Under the pieces are notes generated by a model. That model did no database searches, was not told the DNA's origin, and saw only the letters and a list, made by a program, of their open reading frames with translations. Both the position numbers and the translations under genes were made by a program. From Harriotta raleighana (taxonomy: Eukaryota), in the NCBI GenBank assembly GCA_050575255.1, contig JBNZDD010013534.1, positions 994,328 to 1,058,327 of the forward strand: a stretch of 64,000 nt of DNA, read 5' to 3'. This document shows positions 36,366-48,966 of the stretch, piece after piece (position 1 is the first letter of the stretch; every line of letters begins with the position of its first letter).

Positions 36366-38886
36366 TGCTATAAACAAATACTGTATCTAGTTTATCAAAA
36401 CTATTTCACTTGGATCAGTATTACATTTCGATTAAGAATTTTGCAAATTGTACATGAAAGATAATTCAATCTCAAAAATACCTGAGGCAAATATCTACCT
36501 GGTAACTGTTGTAAGATGAGTAAACCATGCACAATTTCACCCATCCTCAGATTTTGTTATTGTTTTGTATCAAAGTTACTGTTGTGAAATCAGGATCACA
36601 GAGAAAATGAAATGGAAAATGAATGGAAATATACAGCAAAGGCAGATTAGAGTGCTTTATCTAGGATTTCCAGCAAGCTCAACAATCTCAGCGCTTGGCA
36701 TCTGCTTATGCTACAACAAACTCTGCTTGTATTAAAACTTGCAATAAATGTAAAACGTCTTTCATTATCATTTATGTGCGTACCAGCACATTTATTTATC
36801 CCTTCCGCTGTTTAATCTCACTCTTGCACCAGATGACTTTTAAGCATTCAACAGACACTAATTCATGAGGCACTTAATCAGTGTGGAGTCCCGTAGCATA
36901 GTCTTTAGCTTACTTGCCTCGTAAGCAAGGGTACCTGGGTTTGATTCCTACATAATTCCTACATCAATGCTACACCATTAAAGTAAAGTAAATAATAGAG
37001 AATCTAGACCCAGGTGGGATTTCTGTCCACTGGAGGCAATGGTCAAACAATGATTACCACTTGTCCTCCACTATAATAATAACCATAATTCTTGCATTTG
37101 AAAGTAAAGTGAATTGACTGCATATTTTGTTCACCAAACGCAGCAGCCAATTGCGCACAGCAGTGTCCCACAAGCAGTTGTGGAATGAGTTACCAATTTA
37201 TTTATTTTTTTGTAGCAGTTCCCTGTTAGATAAACAGAGGCTTGTAGAGTAAGGGAAATTAACTACGAAGCAAGCGCTCTAACCATCAAACCATAGGATT
37301 TCATGTCAAATGTCACAATGATGTTCCTCATAACTCTACTTTGTCACAAAACTCTCGCACAGCGCCTCCTTATCAAAATGGTGCACAGTATTCTAGCTGC
37401 ACATCTCATCTATATGTCTTTATTCCAAAGCGACCATAATGTAGAAGGAGGAAGTGAGAAGGAGCAACATCTTGCACAGTATTGAAACTCTGGACAGCTC
37501 CGAAATTAGAATAGCAAGAGTAGAATTGTAGTTCAGATTGNCAAAATGGTGCACAGAATTCTAGCTGCACATCTCATCTATATGTCTTTATTCCAAAGTG
37601 ACCATAATGTAGAAGGAGGAAGTGAGAAGGAGCAACATCTTGCACAGTANGGTGCACAGTATTCTAGCTGCACATCTCATCTATATGTCTTTATTCCAAA
37701 GCGACCATAATGTAGAAGGAGGAAGTGAGAAGGAGCAACATCTTGCACAGTATTGAAACTCTGGACAGCTCCGAAATTAGAATAGCAAGAGTAGAATTGT
37801 AGTTCAGATTGTAGCGAAATGCAGGCACAGTCAATAGAAAATGTAAAAAAAACTATTATTTTGATTCTCTGATGCAGCAATTGTGAAAATAGTAAAAAGC
37901 AATAATATTCCTTGTCAAACGTTCTCAACATGTTTCAGATGTGATTGTGGTCAAGTGCAATGACTGTGTGTTTGTAAACCAAAGTAGCAATGTTTTTGCA
38001 CAGCTATGAATTGAGTAATCTGTGTACATCTGTAATAACAACAACTTGTGTTTATATAGCAGCCTTCAAGTGGGGTAACGTACTGGAGTGCTATTCATAT
38101 ATAAGTCGTAAAAAATGCATATGTAAATTGTACTGTATTATATTTTATCTAAGTTTTAAAAACCTGACAAGCCCATCAAAGCATTCAAAGTTGAACCTTT
38201 ATTTACAAACTTTACATTTTGCTTTCCTACAGTTATACAATACATTCCATCTTCCAAAGAATGACTGACAATAGCGGTCAAACCTTGAAAGAAATTCCCT
38301 GTGGTGGAAATTTTCTATTCAGGAGTGAGACAGAAATGTACCAAAAAATGATTGATATTCAAGATCTTAGCAGAACTGATCCAGATAGAGACTAACACAT
38401 AGACCTCACTGCAAATGGTACCCTGACAATTTGGTTGCTTGCCCACACTGTGATAAGCCTACTCTATGATGAATGTTCCCTTACCCACACTATCTCCTGG
38501 GATTCAGTATTGTATAGTTACCCTGTATCCCAAAGGTATTCAAGCAAAACCTCCCACATTTTTTTCCATCTGCACAAATCATATCAAACAGCAGTCTGCC
38601 CTCCACACACTCCACTACCCTTCTCATTGCAGCCCTCCTCAACATATATCATTTATTTAACCCCCATCTCTAGAAATTCTGATATTTTTCCTGAGCAGAT
38701 CCTTCTCAAGTTATTTGTTTGTGATTATTCATTGATGCAAAGTCAGTTATTTTTGTTGAGAACCTGTTCACATATTCACAGTGTGGGGAGAATAAATCTT
38801 CCAATTTCTCCTTCAGATATTCAACTTTAACCCTATACTTTAAAAAATATTGAAGAGTGAGAGTGTGGTATTAGACTAGGTACAAT

Positions 38887-39070
38887 ACCAACAACAAAAT
38901 TACATAGGTATAGCGCCTTTCACGTCGGGAGGATGTCCCAAAGAGCTGAGCAGTCAGGTAGGGACCCGAGCAGGTGGGGAAGTCAGGGGTAGGGAGAGGG
39001 GAAAGGAGAATGGGAGAGGGGGAAGAGTTAGGCGGGGAGCCAAAGGCGCGATCGAAAAGATAGGTAGGTC
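38887..39070 (-). mobile_element. L2 3' end
   Basis: caacaacaaaattacataggtatagcgcctttcacgtcgggaggatgtccca..gcgcgatcgaaaagatagg. Confidence 0.75.
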
Positions 39071-40229
39071 AGTTGGAGAAAAATACCAGCACAGACCTGA
39101 TATTCTGATTCTTTGGTTCTCCTCTCACAGTCTTGTCAACAAATAATTTACATCTACATCATCACTTTGCCCATATCTATACAGTTCATTCACTTTGCAG
39201 CATGTTGTGTGAAGTGCTTTGAGACGTCTAGAAGACATGAAAAGCACTACATCAATTGTAATTATTGTTATTATCAATAAGTCACATAATTTTAAAGACT
39301 TTCATGTCCTTGTTTCTCATGAGACCACATTTGGCTCTGCTCAGCACTTACAACTTACAGTAACTCCTCTCCCCTTAAACCAGGTATCAGCCTTGAATTA
39401 GGTATCAGCCTGGCTGAGTTGGTGGCACTTTCACCTCTTGAGTCAGTCATTTTGTGGGTTCAAGCCCCATTTTGAATTCACATAGTCAAGGCTGGGACTA
39501 TGCTACATTGTTGGAGATGGGTTGAGTGGCTTTTTTGTAAAGGAGCTTCAGATTGACAGAAAACTATTGTTTCAGAGTGAACATTAATCACAGCCAATTT
39601 CTTCTCCACTTCTTCCTCCTCCGTTTTTCTTTAACACATGAAGCTGTTTCCTCTGACCCACAATATTAACGTGTATTCAGATAGTGTCTTTCACCCAGAA
39701 AAAAATGGCTCAAACGCTATACCAATTCATTGCTGTATGTTATGGTGTCAACAGGATGTAAGTTTGTGTGTGACATATTTCTCCTGCATGACACTTCACA
39801 TTAATGTGCTCTGTTGTGAACTCCAGTTACCAGTTTACTGCATCAAAATGCACTGCCATCCACCACAGAATAATTCAATTTGCATCAGTGGGATGTGAGA
39901 TGCTACTGTGCCTGCAAGCTATAAGGCTGGTTGTTGGGATAATCTCCACTGAAAGACTCTTACACGATATGAAGGAAACTTGCTTTCCTCTGATTTATTT
40001 TCCGAGAGCAAACTTTGAAGCTTTTTTAACTTTCTGTTCTCTGTAACCGCCTTCCTGAATCCTTCTGTCCTGTGTCATTCACCCCGTCTTTAAAAACCTG
40101 CTATAACAACAACAAAAAACAACTGATTACAGTGCTTTTGGGAATACAACACAAGAAATTGGATAGTCGAGGGTTTGCAACCGAACAGGGCATATTGATT
40201 TGGTAGAGGTGGGGGCCAAGGGTGCTAGG

Positions 40230-40272
40230 GTGTGTGTGTTTGTGTGTGTGTGTTTGTGTGTGTGTATGTATG
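40230..40272. repeat. Imperfect (GT)n microsatellite
   Basis: Read directly from the sequence. Confidence 0.9.
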
Positions 40273-40304
40273 GGAGGGGGTGGGGAGAGAAGATGACCAA
40301 AGTT

Positions 40305-40552
40305 GTCCTGGTTGCCTGTTCAGGTGAACGTTAAAGCTCCCATGGCACTAATCAAAAAGAGATGTCATGGTCTCATTGCCAACAATCCCCTAATAAAATT
40401 GTTCATTCACTTCATGCTGTTTGTGGGATCTTACTGTGCATACCTGGCTGGCGAGTTCACCTACAAAAACCCATAGTCACTACACTTAATAGTATATCCT
40501 GTGCTTTGGACCTAACATGAAAGGCGTTACACCAAATTTAAGAATTTATCAT
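40305..40552 (+). mobile_element. Deu-domain SINE, 3' half
   Basis: gcctgttcaggtgaacgttaaagctcccatggcact..gtttgtgggatcttactgtgc..tail. Confidence 0.7.
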
Positions 40553-41379
40553 TGTGAATTTCTCCCCCAACAGTTATTCTCATGCAAAAAAAGAATATCT
40601 CCAAATGCATGACATGCGAACCTCTGTAATGAGGCCGACTCTGCTTCAAGGATGGCTTGCAGCGGAAAATCCCATATTCCAATCTTTAAACATTCTCTTT
40701 TTGTAAACTTTTACAGTTAAGGGAGTGGGGGTGGTTAGGGGAAGGGGCAGATCTAGCAAAAATACCCAGCTAATTGCAATTACTACAAAAGTAATACAAA
40801 AAAATTGTACACTGTGCCAAAAATACCGATTGCGTATGCATTTCTACTACAGTAAACCAAAAAGTAGTCAGTCACCCACACGACCACTGCTTGCCAGACA
40901 AATGACAGTGAGGCAGGAACCTGTGGGCATTATGTGGGCTGCTCAGCACAGCGTTGGCATGTAGTTAGGGAGTTGGAACAGTGGGAGTCTACACATAGGC
41001 CAGTGGAAACTGTTTTGGGTTTGCATCTTAGTCGGACTAGTTTAGAATTCTGGATATCCAGTAAGCCAGAGGTTTACTGTGATTACTCTTGTGATTATCT
41101 GAAAGTGATTCATGAAGAATAATACACTCAGATTGAATTGATGCCTCCATGCTTTACTGGTCAAAAATGTAGCAATTCCAGGAGATGAAGGTTTAAGAAA
41201 CCATCTTTGATGTGACCAAGAATTGAATTGAAGTCAACAGCAGTGGTTGGGATGCAAAACACGTACAGTCAATGGAAGCAAATTTTTAAAAAATCTTTGC
41301 AAAGTAGAAATGTTTCTGGTTAAATGGTACAGGACTGATGAGTGAATTTTATATGGCTGTAACAAGCTGCTTTAGACTA

Positions 41380-41990
41380 ATTTGAAAGAAGTGGACCATT
41401 TTGGCATGTGCAAATTGCACGGTTAGCTATAATACCGTATGTGATATGCAACCATGTTTTGATTTCAGAAAATCTACTTTTATAGGCCTTTGATGAAATA
41501 AAATTGTAAATTCAAGCGTACCCAGGACTGTGAGACTAGAATAGAATGAAACAAAACAGCTTTAAGAAGACTTCAAAGTCTGGACGCATAGAGTTGAGTA
41601 CTTCAAACAATTAAGAATATTCAGTGTTTATATATATATTTATGTATATACAGGACATGAGTGTGTTTAGGATTTTTGAGAACGTTGGCTGAAGTGGAAG
41701 ACAGAAACTTCCTACAAGTCAAAGATAAAGGTTTTTCATAATCTAGTAAACAAGGGATTTGAGGTTATTCAAAATCCAAGAAAATTCCTAACTGAGAGAG
41801 TTGCTTTTGGTGGAACAATTGAAGAGAGAATCATATTGGCTTGCAGAAAAGAACTAGATAAACATCTAAAAAGAGTCACTGTAGAAAGGGCAGTTAAATA
41901 AGATCAACAGGATTGCTCTTAAAGCAGCCAACAAGGACATAATGGGCTAAATAGCCCTTTTTCTGTCCTGTAAATTTTTATGGTTTTATA
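41380..41990 (+). mobile_element. Highly decayed CR1 3' region
   Basis: actgagagagttg..tggaaca..gaactagataaacatct..aatgggctaaatagccc..tctgtcctgtaaattttta, resembling a CR1 3' UTR. Confidence 0.5.
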
Positions 41991-42078
41991 TCTTTAGGTC
42001 AACCCTGATGTATCTGTTATCAGCTGGTATTATAATGGCAATAACTTGTGCCTACCCATCTTGCCACTCCATGAGGAT

Positions 42079-42325
42079 AATAATAATCCTTTCATTTGAT
42101 ACAGCGCTTTTCACATCATCTAGACTTCTCAAAGCACTTCATAGAATATATTGTGAAGTGAATTGACTGTATATTTGTGGGCGAAATGTAGCAGTGTCCT
42201 ACAAACAGTTGTGGGTTGAAATGACCAATTTTTATTATTGTGTTTTTTTTAATGGATTATTATTAGGTATGTGTGGAGTAAGGAAACTTGCCCAAGGTTT
42301 CGCCCTGATCTGCCTGGATTCGAAC
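42079..42325 (-). mobile_element. tRNA-derived SINE, 5' truncated within the head
   Basis: Reverse complement of the 6533 family, ending at ggattcgaac (B box). Confidence 0.8.
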
Positions 42326-43919
42326 AATATTAATTAATATCAATATTAATGATCATCTTCAGAATTGTGCATTTGTCATAACATCTCAGGTGTTTCTCAA
42401 CTGGAATGAGCTGTACACATGTGGCTCTCTTTGAGATGGCTTCAACATTGCAAGCTGAAAAAAACACAGCCTAGATAGAGGAGCAAAAATCTGCTGTAAG
42501 CCTATACACAACAATTCAATTTTGACATCACAATAAAATCTTTCAGCAGTCCCTAGCATTCTCTGCAGAAAGCACTGCTGCATTGTACACTGTAGATTCT
42601 ATCTCTCAGACTGTCACAATAGACAAACGCTCACAAAACACCTGCGACTGCGTTGGTGTTGCTGTTTACACTCCAATTGATGTTGTTAGCCACAGTGCTT
42701 TCATGAAGGCCACTTCCTTTCACCTCACTACACACAATAATGCTTATTTAAAGCACAATACAACGAAAAGCAGCTGTGATCGATTTGGAGGCAGAGTGTA
42801 TTTGTTTCTTTTTAAAAATAAATTTATTAACCCTTTAGATCTGTGCAAAGTTACTTTTACCAAAAGGAAACTCACAAACTGCAAATTGCTTATCTCTGTG
42901 CAATGTCAGTTTCTATGATTCGCCAACATTGCTGCACAATGTAATACCGACAAACTAAACACACCAAAATCTGCTGCAATGACAGAACCACTGTATATAC
43001 TGCAGCTGTGAAAATCACACCATCAAGATTTGAGTCTGGGTGTAAAGAAAGGTTTTGTTTGAATTTTATTCGAAATGTTTGCAGAAGCAGATGCAGGAAT
43101 ATATAAAGCAAACAGTTCTGGCCGGGCTGCTGTGAGTTTTAAGTGTGTCCTTTATTCCAAACACCCTGTTAACCAGCCACCAGAATGTGTTGTGGATAAC
43201 TCGATGCCTCTGAGGAAGTGTTTCCGCTAACATCATGGCTGTTAATTGACATGCGCTTTGTTTGTAGACTGTTACAGAGAACAAAAACATATCAATTAGC
43301 CATACTTTACCGAGATGCAAAAGCACGGACTCTGATACTGTGAACCAGGGCCCAGTTGCAAAATGAGTATAGGGCCCAGTTGCAAAATGAAAAGAATAAA
43401 GAAAAAATATCAGTAACATGGTGAGTAATGTCAACCAGGATTAGTGCAGGGCTAATGCAAAGTCATCTGCTTAAAATAATCTTCAAGTTCATTACTCACT
43501 AGTGGAAAACACTATTCGATGATTTATTACTCCTTGGAAGATCAATGAATAATCACAATGTTAAACGCACGCAGCAAGCGAAAACCAAAATCCCATTGTA
43601 AGTGCACATTGTCAAAGACACTATATTTAATGGAAGAAAAGAATCCTACCCCTGCCGGCAGCTAACCACAGCAAGAATGAATGTCCCTTGTCAGGTTTCT
43701 TTGAATTAAATTTATCATTTCTTCAGAGATTACCCCCCCACCACCATTTTCCTCTAGATAGTAGTATTGCTTACTGTTGAACACACAGTGGCTTTGCTAT
43801 ACTCGTTTAATGTGAGTCTGGTCAGGAAGAGTGAATGGGTTATTCAATAGAATATTTGCAATTGCCACCCCCGCCCCACCCCCACACCACACACACAAAA
43901 AACACTTGATTCTGACCTC

Positions 43920-44105
43920 AACCAACATGTGTGTCTACATTTCCTTGCAGTGTTCAATTGATATTGGGATCCCCAGCTGATTTTTTCCCCTTGTTAGTAG
44001 AGTGGAGCAGGAGCCAATTGTTGTAACTTTAATGCTGACTAGAAGGGATCAGTCAACTCAGTACATAGGACACAGAATGAACCAGGGAATTTCTTGGGGT
44101 GTATA
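43920..44105 (-). mobile_element. Ancient SINE-like element (AmnSINE2-like by recollection)
   Basis: cagctgatttttcccc..gagccaattgt..gggatcagtcaactcagtaca..tgaaccagggaatttcttgg; related to 10825-10892, 51528-51765 and 53540-53700. Confidence 0.45.
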
Positions 44106-45649
44106 CTGTATATCCATCTATAAATGTAATTTTGTTGTTGTTGTTGTATATCACACAACTCTGTGCACAATTGGCTACTGCATTTTGCCCACAAAATACG
44201 CAAAATAATAAATTATTATTATCTACAAATTTTTTCCAGAATAAAAAATTAAAATGATAAAGGAGATTACAGTTTCTAATGCAGTGACTGTACCAGACTT
44301 GCCTGCACCTAGATAGAAAATTGGTTAAGCAAAAAAAAAATCTCAAAGACAAAGAAATGAAAGGTTAAAACACTGCTGTCATCCGTTTAGAAAAGCTAGG
44401 CAAAGAATAATCAAATCCAAAGAAGAATGTTTCCCTTTGAATAACAATTCACTTATCGAAATGCCAGATGAGGATTCATAGTCCCCACCTTTAACTTTAC
44501 AATAAGGCTCTATAGGGCTGGCTAAAGGTTTCTGAATGTATGAAAAGGTGGCATTGACCTGTGAAATTGAATGTCCTTTATAAGACAGGGATGAGATCAG
44601 CACTTTCATTTTTTCCAGGTGCTGTTGCCATTGCAACGTAATTGACTCAATTGCAGCATCTCCATCTACTCCACCAGCTTGCAGAACAAATGACATTTCT
44701 GCTGTCCCATAAGTGTCAGCAGCAGTGACATTGGCGCCTCACTCCCGTGCAAAGCTGATTGTTCTAAAGTGAAAGCCGCATGTGTGCAGATAATGATAAG
44801 AACCTTGTGAAGCTCAGCTGACACCGAGAGTTCAGGTTTTAGGAGGAAGGTGACATTTCTCTGGCTCCTCTTGCATCTGTTGACTTGTTAAGCTGTAGGG
44901 CGCTGCTAATACTGTAATTTTCAACTGCTTATTTGTTCAGCAAATGAACTGAACTTCTAGTTTTCTAAATTTACACAGATCATTATTAACAGTGCGTGAT
45001 ACAGACAGATACATAAATAATAGACCAAGTCACTATTCTGAGATTTTGACAGTAAAAACTTAGTCCTCTTTCATCATGACTAAAATGGTAAACTAGCGAT
45101 TTGATTTAGTTTTGAAAATACATTAATATTTTAATATAAATTGTACAATTTGTACAATTTTACATATCAATTGCAATTTATTTTCTATTCTGTTTCAGCC
45201 TTAGAATGGTTTAGGCAACTGGGAACCTTTTGGTATTTATTGATCAGTTTTCAATGTCATTGTCTTGATTGGAACAATGTATTGTTCAATAAACTAAAGA
45301 GTTCTGCAAACTGTGAGCTCACTCTGTGAAAATCCATATAGCTGGAATACGTTCTGCATAAGATAGCTGCAGAGAATGACTGTTGGAGACAAATGATTAG
45401 TATGGATTTCATATCTTCTTTTCGGAGGAAGATTTAATTTTGTATGGCCAGGGATGAAAACAAACTAAACATGGCAAGGTTTTCATTGCTTTGCATTGTT
45501 TTTCTTGACCTGCGATTTAGATCACAATAATTCTGGATTTTTCAAGTAACCGTTATGGTCCACACCAAAATTGTGTAATATGGGAACCAATGTTTTCATT
45601 AGTAATAGGATTTCATTTATAATAGGATCCTATTATATTAGTATAATGA

Positions 45650-45945
45650 GAATAATGAATGCATTTGGTGCAGGACTTATCACATTGTTGAGATGTCTCA
45701 AAGCACTTCCCAGAATATATTGTAAAGTGGATTGACTGTGTATTTTGTGGGGACAACATGTCAGCCAATTGTGCACAACAGTTTTGCACAAACAAAATTA
45801 AGCGACATCATTCTTTTTGGGGGTAAGGATTATTACCCACATTAAAGCGATCTATCAATCAACCAACAATCAGGTTTCTACTTATTGCTTGGGAAACAGA
45901 GGTGTAAGGAGTAAGGAAACTCTTGTTCGCAAGGCCACTATGGTA
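45650..45945 (-). mobile_element. tRNA-derived SINE, degraded
   Basis: gagatgtctcaaagcacttc..gccaattgtgcacaac..ggagtaaggaaac. Confidence 0.75.
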
Positions 45946-46739
45946 CAAGACTCCATGGTATCGAGGGGGGTGGGCGGGGTAGGGAGTCGGGGGTTGGAGA
46001 GTAGAGGATTCTACACTATTGATTGCGGAGGCCCAGTTAAACACACCGCTATAAGAGGGTCTCAGAATCTCATGGAACAAAATGCTTTTGTCTCATTTGC
46101 TTCATAGATATCCCTCCAAAGTCAGGGCTGCAGCTCGCATGAGGTATGTCAAATAAATGCAGCATTTGTTACTTTATTTGTGTATCACAGCCACTCAAAG
46201 GGAAGTATGAGATGCAAGCCTTCAGCTCATCCCTAAATTCAGCCACACAGACCACAGGCAATAGTTCCACCTCAGAAAGACACTCTCTCTTTGAAAATAA
46301 ACTGCTGAATGCTGGAACTGGAAAATAAAACATACACGCATTACTAACAGACCCCATGACAGGGAACTGATAACTTTGTGAATAAGAAACCCCTTGTGAT
46401 ATGAGCAGCAGAATTCACTTGTGCCTGTATGTTGCAACCTTGCGCTCCTTTCTATCACTCATTGGGTTAGTAAAACAATTGCTCCCTGTCATGGATCCTC
46501 TCCACAGAAATACATCTTTATCTATTTCACTTGCATGTATTCCTTATCAGTTTTTACAGGTTGCTTCTTTAGACAATAAATAAATTGCAAGCCGGGGTTT
46601 AAAAAATGAAAATGGTTTAACTCCAAGATAAGGTAAGAACAAAAATTTAATTCAGACTTGACCATGAAATATGTAGTTAATAGAAGCCACATTCCTTGTA
46701 CCCCACATGGTAACCAGATTTTAGCTAGGTTACCCAAGA

Positions 46740-47200
46740 ACAAAAACAAAATTACATTTATATAGTGCTTTCTGAAATGGAGGGCCTGTGAGATGGAATT
46801 CCAGATGGTGTGGGCAGAGTGGCTGAAGGCCCTCCTGCTAATGGTGGGGTGGGGCGAGGGAGGGGATATGAAGCAGGCTCAGCCTGCTAAGCAGAGGGAA
46901 TAGCCTAGTTGATAGGGGGTGAGGAGGTCACAGATGCAGGATGGGGTAAGACCATGGAGGGCTTTGAAAATCAGGACCAGGATCTTTAACTCTGTCCTCT
47001 GTGTGATGGGAAGCCAGTGGAATATGAGAGAGATAGTGGTCGCAGAACTTCATGCAGGATAGGACACGGGCTGCAGAGTTCTGGATGATCTGCAACCTAT
47101 GGAGAGAGGGGTTGGAGGGGTTTGTATAATCGAGCCTGGATGTTATGAATGTACATATGAGGGTCTTGGCGGTGTGAGAAGGTAGAGAAAATCTGGCAAT
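46740..47200 (-). mobile_element. L2 3' fragment
   Basis: Minus strand reads TAKTLICTFITSRLDYTN..SLHRLQIIQNSAARVL; tail at 46740. Confidence 0.85.
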
Positions 47201-47264
47201 GATATCCACAGCTCCACATTCATGCACCTTTTAACATCTAACATATAGCAACATGGGTGAATGC

Positions 47265-47538
47265 GTTTCTGTAGCTCAGTGATTAGAGCACTCAACCAGC
47301 AAACCAGAGTACCCCGGTTTGATTCCGGGCAGGACAAAACATTGGGCAAGTTTCTTTACTCACATGATTCTGTTTAGTTGTTAAGTCGATTGGCAGATCG
47401 CTTTTCCGGGGGGTAATACTGTAATACCTTTAAAATAAAGTTTCGGGTCACTCGATCCACATTATTCTGTGAAGCACTTTGAGATGTCTCAAAAATGTAA
47501 TAAGGCACTATATCAAATGCAAGGATTATTATTATATT
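47265..47538 (+). mobile_element. tRNA-derived SINE
   Basis: ctgtagctcagtgattagagcac..ggtttgattccggg..ttgggcaagtttc..ctatatcaaatgcaaggattattatt. Confidence 0.85.
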
Positions 47539-48558
47539 ACATTAGCTGTACCCATTGCAGCTCCGCTTAGTTTGATCGTCCTTCTTTTGTTTGGCATTTT
47601 TATTTGTCCTTGAAAGGCTTGACTTTAGTTTCTTAGATACCTTTATCCCTGAAGATTAAGAAAATGTGCTTTTGAAAAAGCATTTCTTGTCCACATATTT
47701 CCACACATATTCTTTTGGGAGGACTCTTGTGAGAGGACTCCTGGTTGGGAGGTCGCCTAGAGATACATCTACACTTATTAGAAGGATGTGTGACCTTTGT
47801 TGCTATTTTGTTGCAGAATACCATGCATGCAGCTTAATTATTGTATTTTCTAATATTTTTAAATATAGATTATCAACAATAGGAGATCCTCGAAAACAAA
47901 TACTATACATCCATGGTGCTCCCTTATGGAAGACCTTTCCGATGAGGTCTAAATTGTGTCTCTACATCAATCGGTTATTAATTTCTTGGCAGACAGACTG
48001 GCACCGATATCCACAAATCAGTTTTTATTAATATTTATTAGTATGGATGTCTGGGTGACTCTCAGGATACAGATGACTGTGAGGACAGTGTTCAATCAGG
48101 GAATGGAGAGTGACCCTGAAGACCTAAACAGGAGAAGCGGAATCAAAATAAGAGGAACCAGATACACAAAGAAATGGTGAAGTTATGCTAAATTACTTTA
48201 GTGGTGATAAACTGTCATATTGAAAGAGAAGCTTGAGAGGAAGACCAGAAAACTCCCAGCCTGAGGTGGTATGTGGGTAGCCCACATGATATAGCCCGAG
48301 ATTCCTGTTCCCATGTCTTGTCACTGAAGACTCTATCCACTGAGTGCAAGATTCACTGTTTATTCACTATAGACACAATGGGCCAAATAGCCTTCTGCTA
48401 CACTATAACTTTAAAGTGATAAAGTGCTCTATTAAAAAATGAGGAAACAATTATCAGAGAAATGTGCCCTAGCCTAATGGCAGCTTGGCTCAGTGGTAGC
48501 ATTGTAGCCACTGAGACAGAAGGTTGTGGATCAAACTGCACTTCAGGATTTGGAATTA

Positions 48559-48966
48559 CAGTAAAAGTATTTTAATCCGACGCCTGTTAATCCAGAATGC
48601 TTTGTAATCCGGCATCTGCAATGGTCCATCTTTTTCCAATATGTGCATCTCTATGCGCATCTCTTCCCAGAGAGCCTTCACACAACTCATTGGATTTCCC
48701 TTGAGGGGCTCATCAGTGACGTTTAATAAGTGCGTGCACAATTTTTTTAAATTAACTTTCGGAGAGTGCTATGCCTGTTTAGGCAGACTGCCTGCTCCGC
48801 CGGGATGGGGAGAGCTCTGATTTTCGTTATACAGGTATGTAACATAGATAAGAGCACAGCACACTCAAATCCTCCCATCCCTAAGAGTAACGTCCAATAA
48901 TCCGGCATATTTGCTAATTCAGAACCGCCTAGGTCCTGAACATGCCAGTTTATCGGAATTTTACTG
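48559..48966. mobile_element. Tigger/pogo-like (Tc1/mariner) MITE with TA target-site duplication
   Basis: TA|CAGTAAAA..TTTTACTG|TA termini and internal taatccg(g/a) subterminal repeats; it directly follows a SINE tRNA head (48480-48556). Confidence 0.7.

Noticed and set aside
37374-37810. Three copies of a ~90-165 bp unit resembling a satellite or CRISPR-like array
   Set aside because: The copies are separated by Ns at 37541 and 37650, there are no unique spacers or cas genes, and the context is eukaryotic. Probably an assembly overlap.
43347-43390. 20-bp direct repeat agggcccagttgcaaaatga x2
   Set aside because: A simple local slippage duplication with no further structure.
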